A DNA stretch of 64,000 nucleotides from Octopus vulgaris (taxonomy: Eukaryota). A model generated the notes under the pieces. It did no database searches, had not been told where the DNA came from, and worked only from the letters and a program-made list of their open reading frames with translations. Shown here piece by piece: positions 23,952 to 35,750 of the stretch. The position numbers and the translations under genes were made by a program. The stretch lies in assembly GCA_951406725.2 (NCBI GenBank), contig OX597829.1:38564001-38628000 (forward strand). Reading direction: 5' to 3'. Position 1 is the stretch's first letter. Each line of letters begins with the position of its first letter.

Positions 23952-24094
23952 ATATAATGGTTTAGTTATGATTGACCTTGGGTTGAGTAGCATTCTTACT
24001 AACCTTAGTAGAAAAAAACTAATACATGTACATGGGCATATGAGCATTTATGCATAGATACGTATGTAGTGTTCATAAAGTTCACATAGTCTGT

Positions 24095-24470
24095 CTTTTA
24101 TTACTTTACTTGTTTTCATCATTAGACTGCGACCAAGCTGGGGCACCATCTTGACCAATTTTTAGTCAAATGAACCAACCCCAGTTCTTATTTTTTCCTT
24201 TTAAGTCTGATATTTATTCTATCATTCTCTTTTGCCAAACCACTAAGTTATGAGAATGTAAGGAAACCAATACCCGTTGTAAAGCAGGGTGGAGGACACA
24301 CACATACATATATGACAGGTTTCTTTCACTTTCCATGTAGCAAATTCACTCACAAGGCTGTGATTGGCCCAAGACTATAGTAGAAGACACTTGCCCAGGG
24401 GCCATGCAGTGGGACTGTACCTGGATCCTTGTGGTTGGGAAGCAGACTTCTTACCATACAGCCATGTCTG
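24095..24470 (-). mobile_element. SINE family A, diverged full length
   Basis: All consensus blocks present in order. Confidence 0.85.
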
Positions 24471-24844
24471 TATTTGTTTCATATTATTTTCATAATTACT
24501 TTTAAAATATCCATATCTGCACCTCTTTCATTTTAAATTGAATCTCTGTGAATTGGAAAAAAAAAACGTATATAGTGTTATCAACAGATCAATAGTAATT
24601 ATTAATATTGATCCAGACCAATTTATTCGAAACCATTTTAAATGTGAGGCGGAGAACCTCATTTTAGTACCACTTTACAAGAAATGTATTGCAACTACAT
24701 AAGAACCTGTGAAGCAGATATGTATGTATGTGTGTATATATAATGAAGTCTGACTCTTTCAGGCTTGTGAAAGTGGACATTAAAACAATGATTTTGTGTG
24801 TGTGTATGTGTGCTGATGTATTTTGACAAAGGGTGTAAATATCT

Positions 24845-25078
24845 TTTTCTTTACTACCCACAAGGGGTCAAACACAGAGAGAACAAACAAGGATAGACAA
24901 ACGGATCAAGTCGATTACATTGACCCCAGTGCATAACTGGTACTTATTTAATCGACCCCGAAAGGATGAAAGGCAAAGTCAACCTCGGTGGAATTTGAAC
25001 TCAGAACGTAGCGGTAGACGAAATACCGCTAAGCATTTCGCTCGGCGTGCTAACGTTTCTGCCAGCTCGCCGCCTTAT
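24845..25078 (-). mobile_element. SINE family B, full length, young
   Basis: 15-bp TSD AGGGTGTAAATATCT at 24830-24844 and 25079-25093. Confidence 0.95.
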
Positions 25079-25684
25079 AGGGTGTAAATATCTGCAAGAA
25101 AACACGGTAAACCTATGCGTTTTTTCAAATGAATTACCCTATTGATATTTGTTCTGCCTTCAGTTTACAACTCCCTTGTCACTGTCAGAGCTGCAATGAA
25201 CCAATAGTTGGTCAATAGGATACCTGTAGCCAACAATGCTATTATCAATTACTAATTGCAATATATGCGTGATGCCATTTTAAATAATGTTATAAAATAT
25301 GCATGGTATTATCAATGTCATAAATATATCTGCTGAGGTAATAATAATAATAATAATAATAAATGTAGTGAAGATGGATCTGCTGTTTATGGTTGTCTAC
25401 ACAATTCCATACATAGCTGGAACTTAATCCATTTTTAGAGAAGACACATGGCCATGTTAACTTGCTATAAATCATTAAGGAGGTGTGTGTGTTTGTGTGT
25501 GCGTGTGTGTGTGTGTGCATTGACTTGCTTTAAATTACTGAGTAGACAATAATGAATTAGGTGTCCATTGATTGTGGAAATAAGTATATAACACATCTCT
25601 ATCCTTGCCTTGCTAGAAATAGAAATTTATTACATCTGAAAAGAATGAATTATATAATTTGAATTACTAAGACAGTAATATTCA

Positions 25685-26115
25685 CATCCCATTATTTTTA
25701 TCCATTTTTTTCTTATATGCCTTCCTTTTTTTTTTTTTTAAAAAAAAAAAGAAATCTTTTTTCATTCCTGGAAAAAGAAAAATTGTTGGCTTGTTAGATT
25801 CCCCCCCCCCCGCCTCTCCTCCCTCTTTCTTTTCCTTAGACTTCCTTTTTTTTCTTATTTTCCTTTTCTGCATTTCCCCTTGTTTTTCCTTTTCTTTTCA
25901 TACTCCCTTCTCTTTTCTCATTCTTTCATCTCTCTCTCTCTCTCTCTCGATCTGAATTATCACTTGCCGATTGTAATTTTTTTCTCCTGTCTTTTTTTTT
26001 CTTCTGTTTGTTTTTTGGTCTCTTGTCTGTCTTCAAATGTTTTTTTTTACTTCTTCTCTTTTTGTTCTAACTCCTGTCTTTTACAGTATTTTTTCCTGCT
26101 AGTTATTTATTTCTT
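25685..26115. repeat. Pyrimidine-rich low-complexity tract
   Basis: T/C runs and (CT)n. Confidence 0.85.
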
Positions 26116-26282
26116 TTGTGTGTGTGTGTGTATATGTGCATACATTATAAATCTCAATCTAAGGTTTGCTGTTTTTCTTCTAAAATTCCAATATTGATTA
26201 TATATATATATACATACACATGTTGCTTTTGTATATTATGTGTGTGTGTGTGTGTATATATATATATCTATATATATAAGTA

Positions 26283-26470
26283 CCACTGGGGATTTTTTTT
26301 TTTTCCTCTGTCTTCCCTTCTTGGGATCTTTCCTTCTCCTATGTTTCCGACGAAGAGCTCCGCTCGAAACGTTAAACCCTCCTTCTTCCCTTCTTTCCTG
26401 AGCGTCCAATAATACTTTATTTGTTCCACGTCCTTGCGTTTTTGTGTTTTTTTTGTTTTCTTGTTTGGAT

Positions 26471-26478
<8 letters not shown>
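26283..26478 (+). mobile_element. Penelope-like terminal repeat fragment in a TA tract
   Basis: Homologous to 50218-50443; contains a minimal hammerhead motif typical of Penelope-like element pseudo-LTRs. Confidence 0.75.
26343..26377 (+). ncRNA. Minimal type I hammerhead ribozyme motif, core variant CCGACGA
   Basis: GUUU-CCGACGA-A-GAGC(UCC)GCUC-GAAAC-GUU-AAAC: stems I and II pair; one substitution relative to CUGANGA. Confidence 0.7.
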
Positions 26479-26510
<32 letters not shown>

Positions 26511-27004
26511 TACATACACATGCACACACCTTGTTATGTGTTTCACTTACTAGACTACAGCCATAATGGGCTACCACCTTGAAAAATTTTAGTTGAACGA
26601 ATCAACCCCAGTATAAAATATTTCAAATTTTGGCACATAGTTTTATTTAGATTGTTATGGCTGCCATTTCAGGCATGTCAAACCTCTATGCATGTATTCC
26701 TTGCTGACTCTTTGTATGTGTGTGTGTGCATGCATGCGTGCATATATATATACATATATATAATGTACACACGCAGTTAATATTGGCTCTAATTTTTATA
26801 GTTTCTAGCAATTGACAATAAAACTGACAAACTTTAGCTCTTATGAATGGGATTTATTATATTGTATTGTTGTATTAATGGCAATGGATTGGCAGAACCA
26901 TTTCAATAGAGCAGAATACTTGGTAGCATTTATTCTATTCTGAATTCAAATCCCACCGGGTTCAATTATGCCTTTCACCTTTTCAAAGTCAGTGAAGTTC
27001 CAGA

Positions 27005-27137
<133 letters not shown>

Positions 27138-27377
27138 GAGGTATACGTATTTATATATTTGCCGGTAAGAATAGAGTTTCTAAAATGGAAAGAGAAATTA
27201 GGAAGATTGCTTTGGTCTACTGACAGAACAGCTCTCATGTTTACAGGAGATATGGGTTCAACTTTTCACAGGCAGCCTTTGACTTTTCCTACTCAGAAAG
27301 GATTTCTCAACTCAATATATTTACTTGCTATTATTTATAGCTCTCTGTACTTTGAGACCCTTTTTCTAAAATAGATA

Positions 27378-27720
27378 GATGCAGTCATGGTTGTGTGGTA
27401 AGATGTTTACTTCCCAACCACGTGGTTCCTGGTTCACTTCCTCTGCTTGACACTTTAGGCAAGTGCCTTCTATTGTACCCTTGGACTGATCAAAGCCTTG
27501 TGAGTAGATTTGGAAGATGGAAAGTTGTTGTGTTTGTTTCTGTATCTGTGTTTGTCCCCTACCACCACTTAACTGGTTGTGGGTTTGACAAAAGAGACCA
27601 CTAGAATAAATACCTGGCTTAAAAGGTAAGTACCGGGATTAATTCAGTCAATTAAAATTCTTCAAGGTGATGCGCCTGCATGATTGTTGTCTGATGACTG
27701 AAGTAAGTAAAAGATAAGAC
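27378..27720 (+). mobile_element. SINE family A, diverged
   Basis: Head, core and tail blocks recognisable. Confidence 0.8.
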
Positions 27721-27727
27721 AAGAGAG

Positions 27728-27778
<51 letters not shown>

Positions 27779-27784
27779 TACATA

Positions 27785-27920
27785 TATACGATGGGCTTCT
27801 TTCAGTTTCCGTCTACCAAATCCACTCACAAGGCTTTGGTCGACCCGAGGCTATAGTAGAAGACACTTGCCCAAGGTGCCATGCACTGGGACTGGACCCA
27901 GAACCATGTAGCTGGTAAGC
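27785..27920 (-). mobile_element. SINE family A fragment
   Basis: Core and B-box segment. Confidence 0.9.
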
Positions 27921-28324
27921 ACCTATAAATGTGTAAAAAAAAAAAAATAAACAAATTTAGTATTTTGAAAGTTTCTACAAAACTAGTTTTTAAACATCAA
28001 ATGGCTATGGGTGTCCACCAGAATAAAATAGTAATCCATACATATCTTCATGGTTGAGAACCCCTGAGTTAATTCAACAATAGAATGCTCTTCTTCAAAA
28101 CTAATAGAGATCCCAATATTTTTGCTTGATAAATAATTCTCATCATTGCCATCACTTGCCTCTATCTTCTTTGTTTTGTTTTTGTATGCTGACATACAGG
28201 TTGAGTGCATCTCCTTGCATTTCACCAATCTTCATCTGGCACACACTGCAACAGAGATCTTGAATTTAAAGTGTCTTGTGTAGAATGTCGGATGTACTTT
28301 GGCAGGTCTAGCTTTCGAACGGTG

Positions 28325-28736
28325 TACTCTTTACTCTCTCTCTTTTACTCTTTTACTTGTTTCAGTCATTTGACTGCGACTATGCTGGAGCACCACCTTT
28401 AATCAAGCAACTCAACCCTGGGACTTATTCATTGTAAGCCCAGTACTTATTCTATCGGTCTCTTTTGCCGAACCGCTAAGTGACAGGGACATAAACACAC
28501 CAGCATCGGTTGTCAAGCAATGTTGGGGGGACAAATGCAGACACACAAACACACACATGCATATATATATACATATATATGACGGGCTTCTTTCAGTTTC
28601 CATCTACCAAATCCACTCACAAGGCTTTGGTCGGCCCGAGGCTATAGTAGAAGACACTTGCCCAAGGTGCCACGCAGTGGGAATGAACCCGGAACCATGT
28701 GGTTGGTAAACAAGCTACTTACCACAAAGCCACTCC
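28325..28736 (-). mobile_element. SINE family A, near full length
   Basis: Close match to consensus. Confidence 0.95.
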
Positions 28737-28780
28737 GTTTATTTCCAAGCCAGGATAGTGTTTTTATCTTCTTATTGTTA

Positions 28781-29000
28781 AGGCAGCAAGCTGGCAGAAC
28801 TTTTAACATGCTGGGTAGAATGCTTAGTGCCATATCATCCATTTTTCACATTTTGAATTCAAATTCGATTAAGGTTGATTTTGCTTTTCATCCTTTTGGG
28901 ATTGAAGGTACAGGTACCAGTTAAGCAGTGGGGTTGATTTAATCAACTTATTTTTCCCCACAAATTGCTGGCCGTATATCAAAATTCGAAACAATTAATT
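28781..29000 (+). mobile_element. Older family B-type SINE
   Basis: GGCAGCAAGCTGGCAGAA head and TTTGCTTTTCATCCTTTTGGG block. Confidence 0.8.
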
Positions 29001-29007
29001 CTTTCGT

Positions 29008-29382
29008 CATTATTATTATTATTATTCATTATTATTATTATTATTCATTATTATTATTATTATTCATTATTATTATTATTATTCATTATTATTATTATTC
29101 ATTATTATTATTATTATTATTATTATTTATTATTATTTATTATTATTATTTATTATTATTATTTATTATTATTATTTATTATTATTATTTATCATTATTA
29201 TTATTATTTATCATTATTTATTATTTATTATTATTTATTATTATTATTATTTATTATTATTTATTATTATTATTATTTATTATTTATTATTATTTATTAT
29301 TTATTATTATTATTATTTATTATTTATTATTATTTATCATTATTATTTATTATTATCATTATTATTATTATTATTATTATTA
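29008..29382. repeat. Expanded (TTA)n microsatellite with TTAT/TCA interruptions
   Basis: About 375 bp directly 3' of a SINE tail; explains ORF 28965-29411. Confidence 0.97.
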
Positions 29383-30140
29383 GTGCTCCATTTAGTATTC
29401 TTGGCTTTTAGTTTCATGCTTCACATCCTAATAATTACAATTTCACAATTCTTGAACTTTCACTGATTTTCTTTCTCCTTTTTTATTTTTTCTTTATTTA
29501 TTTTTGTGTTTGAGCAGTGGTTTTGCTCAGAAGGGGATTAGGATGTCTATTAGAGTGCAAACATTTTCGCTTCAGTCCTTGATAATTATATTTGGATGTT
29601 TTTATTCTCTCTTTTATTTTTTTTTTCCTCGCTTTTGTTTTTATTTTCACATCAAAGTATCAGCACATTGCCCTATGGACGTAACTGTTGATTCATTCAG
29701 GTCTGTAAATATATTTAGATTGCTAAGGACTACACAGCCATAAATGATAAAGTCAATTTTCTCATTTCACTGGTTGCATAATCTGTACTTGGTATTAGCA
29801 TAATTTTTACATTATTTTTTATGGAATTATCATTGACTAGGTATCATTCCTATGTAGATAAAAATCAGGCTTGTTGTTTCTGCTTTTAGCCCAGAGCTTT
29901 GACACATCATTGGTTTTCAGTTTGGTTTACTTCATTGCTATCAAGGTTTTTAAGCTATTGGCCATAGAGTGGTTTTTGTTTTCTTTTTCTCCATTTTTTT
30001 CCTTTAGGATATTTTAACATTCTGTTTTGTCTTTTTCTTTTTTTTATTCAACCTTGGCTATTTTTTTGTCTTTATTGAACTCCTTTTCTTTAGTGTAGTT
30101 AGTTTCCAGTTCTTTATTGTTTTCTTATATATATATATAT

Positions 30141-30388
30141 CATCATCATCGTTTAACATCCGCTTTCCATGGTAGCATGGGTTGGACGATTTTGACTGAG
30201 GGCTGGCGACCAGATGGCTGCACCAGGCTCCAGTCTTGATCTAGCAGAGTTTCTACAGCTGGATGCCCTTCCTAACACCAACCACTCCGAGAGTGTAGTG
30301 GGTGCATTTACGTGCCACCGGCACGGGGCCAGTCAGGCGGCACGAGACCAGTCAGGCGGCACTGGCAACGACCTCGCTCGAATCTTTT
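30141..30388 (-). mobile_element. RTE LINE 3' UTR fragment, family C
   Basis: Near-identical to 2335-2550 and 59241-59480. Confidence 0.9.
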
Positions 30389-30759
30389 ACTTACCACACA
30401 GCCACTCCTGCACCTATGAGTGTATGTGCTTTTTTGTGTTGGTCTCTTGATCTTGTCGTCACATGCTGATCGTAAACAGAGTACCATTGTCATACAAGCG
30501 GTGCTGTTTGTTTGTAATCTTTATTGGAAACATGTTTAGGCAAGTTGAAATATTAGTTTGTTTGGAAAGGGGTGCATCTGGTAACTGATGTAGCATCCAG
30601 CCATAAGATAACCTACCTTACTGAATCCCATCTGATGTATGCAAGCATAGTAAAAAAAAAAAGGTGTTATAATAATGATGATGGTGATGATGATCGTTTT
30701 CACTTTGTAGTAGCTTTCTAGTTCTCCCTATGAATGAGGCAGGTGTATTCTATATATAT

Positions 30760-30985
30760 TTCTTTACTACCCACAAGGGGCTAAACGCAGAAGGGACCAA
30801 CAAGGACAGACAAAGGGATTAAGTCGATTACAAGACCCCAGTGCGTAACTGGTACTTAATTTATCAACCCCGAAAGGATGAAAGGCAAAGTTGACTTCGG
30901 CGGAATTTGAACTCAGAACGTAATGGCAGACGAATATGGCTATGCATTTCACCCAGCATGCTAACGCTTCTGCCAGCTCGCCACC
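30760..30985 (-). mobile_element. SINE family B, full length
   Basis: Consensus match; TATTCTATATATAT on both flanks. Confidence 0.95.
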
Positions 30986-31064
30986 CTTATATATATTCTA
31001 TATATATCAACTTTGAGATGGTGGCTCCAGAACTCTGTTAGAAGTTTCCTGCTTTCCCATCTCT

Positions 31065-31300
31065 CCATCTTTTCTACCCTCTGTACCTGTGAGGGTTGTG
31101 GCATCAGTCCTCAAACACCCACTCCGTAAGGTCCTATCAGAAGCAAATGTCATTAGTCTTTTTAGTTGGATTCTCAAGCATGACCAACTGAGATTATCCA
31201 ACCATCTCATTTTGGGGCTTTCCCTGGGTCTCCAGTCAGTTGGTTTGGCTTGAAGAATGTCCTGCAGTTGTTTTCTGCAACATTCTAATCGCATGTCTAT
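31065..31300 (-). pseudogene. Degenerate C-terminus of an RTE-clade LINE ORF
   Basis: Translation QDILQAKPTDWRPRESPKMRWLDN...ASDRTLR resembles the RTE C-terminal motif G-x-R-P-R-G-R-P-x-x-R-W-x-D...A-x-D-R-x-x-W. Confidence 0.6.
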
Positions 31301-31354
31301 TGTTCTGCAGATATGACCTCTCAATGCAGATGAATAGCAGCTTATCATTGTGTG

Positions 31355-31560
31355 ACAATTGCAGCATGGAAGGTGTTTATAAGCCATTTAAGAAACACAC
31401 AAAAACCATTAGATTCACTTCAACATTTAAATTTAATTTGTCAAAATATTTTTGTCGCTTTGAGACCGCGACCTGTTCACTGACAAAGCTTCATGCTGCA
31501 ATTGTTTTCGTTCCAGCACACAATCTCAGATCAAGTCACTCACTATGCAAGTACATCTCC
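31355..31560 (-). mobile_element. Putative Penelope-like terminal repeat fragment
   Basis: 14-bp inverted repeat ACAATTGCAGCATG (31355-31368 and 31492-31505) around a hammerhead-shaped fold with a non-canonical core. Confidence 0.45.
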
Positions 31561-31569
31561 GTAATTGTG

Positions 31570-32015
31570 TGACAGTTGTAAGCAAATGTTACTGTCATAT
31601 AAGGGAAGTCTTTTGTGTAGCAATCTTCCATGAAAACATGGTTGGTCATGGGAAGAAAAATTACTGTACTTGAAAACAAGAAAAAGGTTGGCAAGATGAA
31701 GGGCATCCAGCCATGCAAAAGTCTGCCTCAGTAAATTCTGTCTTGCCCATGCAAGCATGGAAAAGCGGACATTAAATGATGTATGTGTGTGTGTTTGTAT
31801 GTGCATAAATGTGAGTGCCATTTTGTTTGTCTCTACACTGCTTGGAAACCAATGTTCCTTTGTTTACATGCGTGTATCTTAGTAATTCGGAAGAAGAGAC
31901 TGATAGCATATGTACCAGACTTAAAAATTGGATACTGGGGGCCAACTTGTTCAACTGAGCCCTCTAAGGAAGTGCTCCAGCATGGCTGCAATCCAATGAC
32001 TGAAACAAGTAAAAA
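31570..32015 (+). mobile_element. Family E tail followed by family A 3' half
   Basis: GAAGGGCATCCAGCC...GGAAAAGCGGACATTAAATGAT, then ...GACTGAAACAAGTAAAA. Confidence 0.75.
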
Positions 32016-32023
32016 AATATATA

Positions 32024-32078
<55 letters not shown>

Positions 32079-33220
32079 ATATTTCGGAATGGTCATATTG
32101 CCAGTTTAGCCAACAAATATTTAAACGTATATATATATATATATTAAAGACATTCGCTATATCTGAGTTTTCAGTTCAGTCATACTGGATAACATCTTGC
32201 ACAAGATCAGTGGAAACTGTGTAGAAGCCCATCATATATATATTTGTGTGTGTGTACATGTTTGTGTTTGACTCTCATTCATGGCAAGCAATGTTGGTTT
32301 ATTTACATTCCTGTAACTTAGTTGCAATAAGAAACTGAGGAACATGACTAAATAACAAATTTAAGACAAAAATGTACTACTGTATTTTTGATCATCCAAA
32401 TCCTTCAAGGTGGTGGTCCAATGTGGCCTCAGTCCAGTATCTGAAATAAGTAAAAGAATTGTGTGTGTCTGTATATTGTGTGTGTGCATGCATGCATGCA
32501 TGCGTGTGTATGTATATATGTGTATGTGTGTATACCTGATATACATGTGTGTATGTATATATGTGTGTGTGTGCATATGCATGTGTGTGTGTGTATGACA
32601 GCAAGGTGTGATTTGGCTGCTCTTTCTAGCAGATCGAAAAACCATGTAACTTCTCATTCCCTCATTGATTGCTTCCTTTTTACTTTATGGCAGTTCTTGC
32701 AGCTAAACTACATAAATAAATTACCAAACTGTTGTTGTTGTTCTACATTCCTTTGGTGGTCTGTCTACACTATTGCTATAGAAACCATAGACGTGAAGAT
32801 TCTGACACCTGGTCAACCAATTATCTTTCCGCATACAATGTCCATGTCGTGGTTGGTGCCTTTGGATGAGGAAGTGTGATGGATGTGGAGGCCTGGGGGG
32901 GGGTGCAGTTTACGGCTAGGGTGAGTGCAATCAAGTGCTGTGCTTAATTCAAAGCTTGTCACAAATAAAGGAGGCCTTTCAATTTCTAGGTTAAATTAGA
33001 GACAAAACCTTTCACTAGTGCCCTCGTTACTGCTGCTTGTGCCACTGCTGCTGCTACTACTGTTGTTGTTGCTGTTGTTGCTAGCTGATGCTTTTAATGG
33101 CGCTGATACTGGTGGTGGTGTTGCTGATACTTACAACCAGTATTAAGTACTGTGGTTACATTGAATAAGACTGGCTGTACTGTTTCTTTCTTTGGCATAT
33201 CTTCTCACTTTCCCTTTACA

Positions 33221-33236
33221 CTCACACACACACACA

Positions 33237-33268
<32 letters not shown>

Positions 33269-33270
33269 AG
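33221..33270. repeat. Palindromic (CA)n(CG)n(TG)n microsatellite
   Basis: CTCACACACACACACATGCGCGCGCGCGCGCGTGTGTGTGTGTGTGTGAG. Confidence 0.95.
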
Positions 33271-33332
33271 TTTTAGTTCTGTTTTGTAATAGTTTCATTC
33301 ACTAGAATAATATAGCACACAGGAATAATAAT

Positions 33333-33750
33333 CTCTCTTTTACTCTCTTTTACTTGTTTCAGTCATTTGACTGTGGCCATGCTGCAGCACCACCTTTACT
33401 CGAGCAACTCGACCCCGGGACTTATTCTTTTGTAAGCCCAGTACTTATTCTATCGGTCTCTTTTGCCGAACCGCTAAGTAACAGGGAGATAAACACACCA
33501 GCATCGGTTGTCAAGCAATGCTAAGGGGACAAACACAAACACACATATATACACATACATATATATATAGAAATATATACATATATATATCGGGCTTCTT
33601 TCAGTTTCCGTCTTCCAAATCCACTCACAAGGCTTTGGTCGGCCCGACGCTATAGTAGAAGACACTTGCCCAAGGTGCCACGCAGTGGGAGTGAACCCGG
33701 AACCATGTGGTTGGTAAACAAGCTACTTATCACACAGCCACTTCTGCACC
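33333..33750 (-). mobile_element. SINE family A, full length
   Basis: Consensus match; inserted in (AAT)n. Confidence 0.95.
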
Positions 33751-33772
33751 TATAATAATAATAATAATAATA

Positions 33773-35020
33773 ATCTTTTCTACTAAAGGCACAAGGCCTG
33801 AAATTTTGGGGGAGAGAGTCTAGTTGATTAAATCAACCCCAGTGTTTCACTGGTAATTAATTTATCAACTCCAAAAGGATGAAAGGCAAAACTGACCTTG
33901 ATGGAATTTGAACTCGAAACATAAGAATGGACAAAATGCTGCCAAGCATTTTACTCAGTGTGCTAACTATTCTGCAAGTCTGCCATCTTCCATGTCAGCT
34001 CATCGATCCTTTCTACTATAGACATAGGCCTGAAATTTTGGAGGAAGAAGTTAATCAATTACATCGACCCCAGTACTTGACTGGGCCTTATTTCATTGAC
34101 CCTGAAAGGATTAAATTTGAACTCAGAATGTAAGGCCAGAAGAAATACTGCTAAGCATTTTGGTCCAGTACAATAACAATTCTGCCAACTTCCCGCCTTT
34201 CACAGTTTTAAATTTCACAGTTTTTGAGGGAGGGAATGTTGATTATAGTGTCCCTTGTACTTGACTGGTATTTACTTTATTAACCCCAAAAGAATGAAAT
34301 GTAGAGTCACCCTTGGAATTTGAACTCAGAATGTAATGATGGACAAAATACTTAAAATGCTTAGCAGCATTTTGTCTGGCATGCTTATGATTCTACCTTA
34401 ATATTTCTTTCTACTATAAGAACAATGTCCGAAATTTTAATGGGGTGGTTTCTGATTTAGACACAATGCCAGCAATCTTTGGAGGAAACAGAATTAGTCA
34501 ATATCATCAACTTCAATGTTTGACTAGTACTTTATTTTGTCCCTGAATTGCATAGAAGACACAGCCTGAAGAAATATCTCGTATTTAACTTAGGCACAAG
34601 GTTAGCGATTTTAAGGGGAAAAGCTCATCAATACCTATTTCTTTACTACCCACAAGGGGCTAAACATAGGGAGGACAAACAAGGACAGACAAACAGAATA
34701 AGTCGATTATATCGACCCCAGTGCATATCTGGTACTTAATTTATCGACCCCGAAAGGATGAAAGGCAAAGTCGACCTCGGCAGAATTTGAACTCCGAACG
34801 TAGCGGCAGACGAAATACTGCTAAGCATTTCACTCAGCGTGCTAACGTTTCTGCCAGCTCACCGTCAATTGCAGTACTTGACTGGTACCCTATTTTATTA
34901 ATCCCCAAATGAATGAAAACAAAGTTGACCTCAGCAGGATTTGAACACAGAGCATCAGAAAAAAATATTTTCTGGTAATTAATCTGACCTCTTGCATTCT
35001 AACTATTCTGCCACTACTAC
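33773..35020 (-). mobile_element. Cluster of about six older family B-type SINEs in one orientation
   Basis: Repeated TTTCTACTA..GGCACAAGGCCTGAAATTTT and ATTTGAACTCAGA blocks near 33775, 34008, 34215, 34405, 34460 and 34590/34867. Confidence 0.75.
34636..34866 (-). mobile_element. SINE family B, full length, young, nested in an older copy
   Basis: Consensus match with CpGs retained. Confidence 0.95.
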
Positions 35021-35056
35021 TACTAATAATTAAAATAATAATAAGAATATTTGATC

Positions 35057-35290
35057 TAACTACTGTTAAATGACGTCTCTGGAGGAGCATTGACAGATGT
35101 TATAGTCAGGAATGTGCTGCATGTGAATCCAAAGGTACAATTTTCAGTGATTTGATAAAACTAATAATAATGATAAATGAGTAATGTTAGACATAACTAC
35201 TGTTAAATGAAGACCCTGGAGGGGAATTAACAGATGTTATTGTCAGGAACATGGTACAAATTCAGAAAGATTCAGTTGTTAGTGAGGTGA
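35057..35290. repeat. Diverged tandem duplication, period about 137 bp
   Basis: TAACTACTGTTAAATGA..CTGGAGG..ACAGATGTTAT.GTCAGGAA at 35057 and 35194. Confidence 0.8.
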
Positions 35291-35750
35291 CTGTATTACT
35301 GATTATAAATATGCAGGAGTTAAAAACTGGTTATTGATTTTTCTCAGAAGGCGATAAATTTCTTTGAAAAGGATATAACAATATATAAACAGACAAAGCA
35401 GAGAAAATATTTATGGTTGAGGTTTGGTAACAAAGGCTAAAATTGGCAGCAGTGTGTTAAAGACTTGTGGTTCTTACAGCCAATACTACAAAGAAACCAG
35501 AATAATTCTGATTTAGATGCAAGACTAACAATTTGAATTGAGGGGTTTAGTAGAACACATCAATCTCTGTACCAGACTGGCACTAGTATTTCATTGTATC
35601 GACCCTGGAGTGATGAAAGGCAAAGTTCTTCTCAGAAGGATTTGAACACAGAATGTAATACGCTGCATCAAATACAAGGCATTTTGTTGTCCAAAATTTT
35701 TAATGGTTCTGTCAAACTACCAGCCAGAAATTGACAGCAATGTATTAAAG

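Noticed and set aside
24740-24778. Hairpin AAGTCTGA/TCAGGCTT followed by GAAA as a hammerhead
   Set aside because: Core reads ATAATGA, extra bases precede GAAA, and there is no stem I
27983-28320. Possible transposase or exon remnant
   Set aside because: No recognisable motif, a stop interrupts the frame, and no clear splice signals
28965-29411. 148-aa Ile/Tyr/Leu ORF
   Set aside because: Translation of (TTA)n
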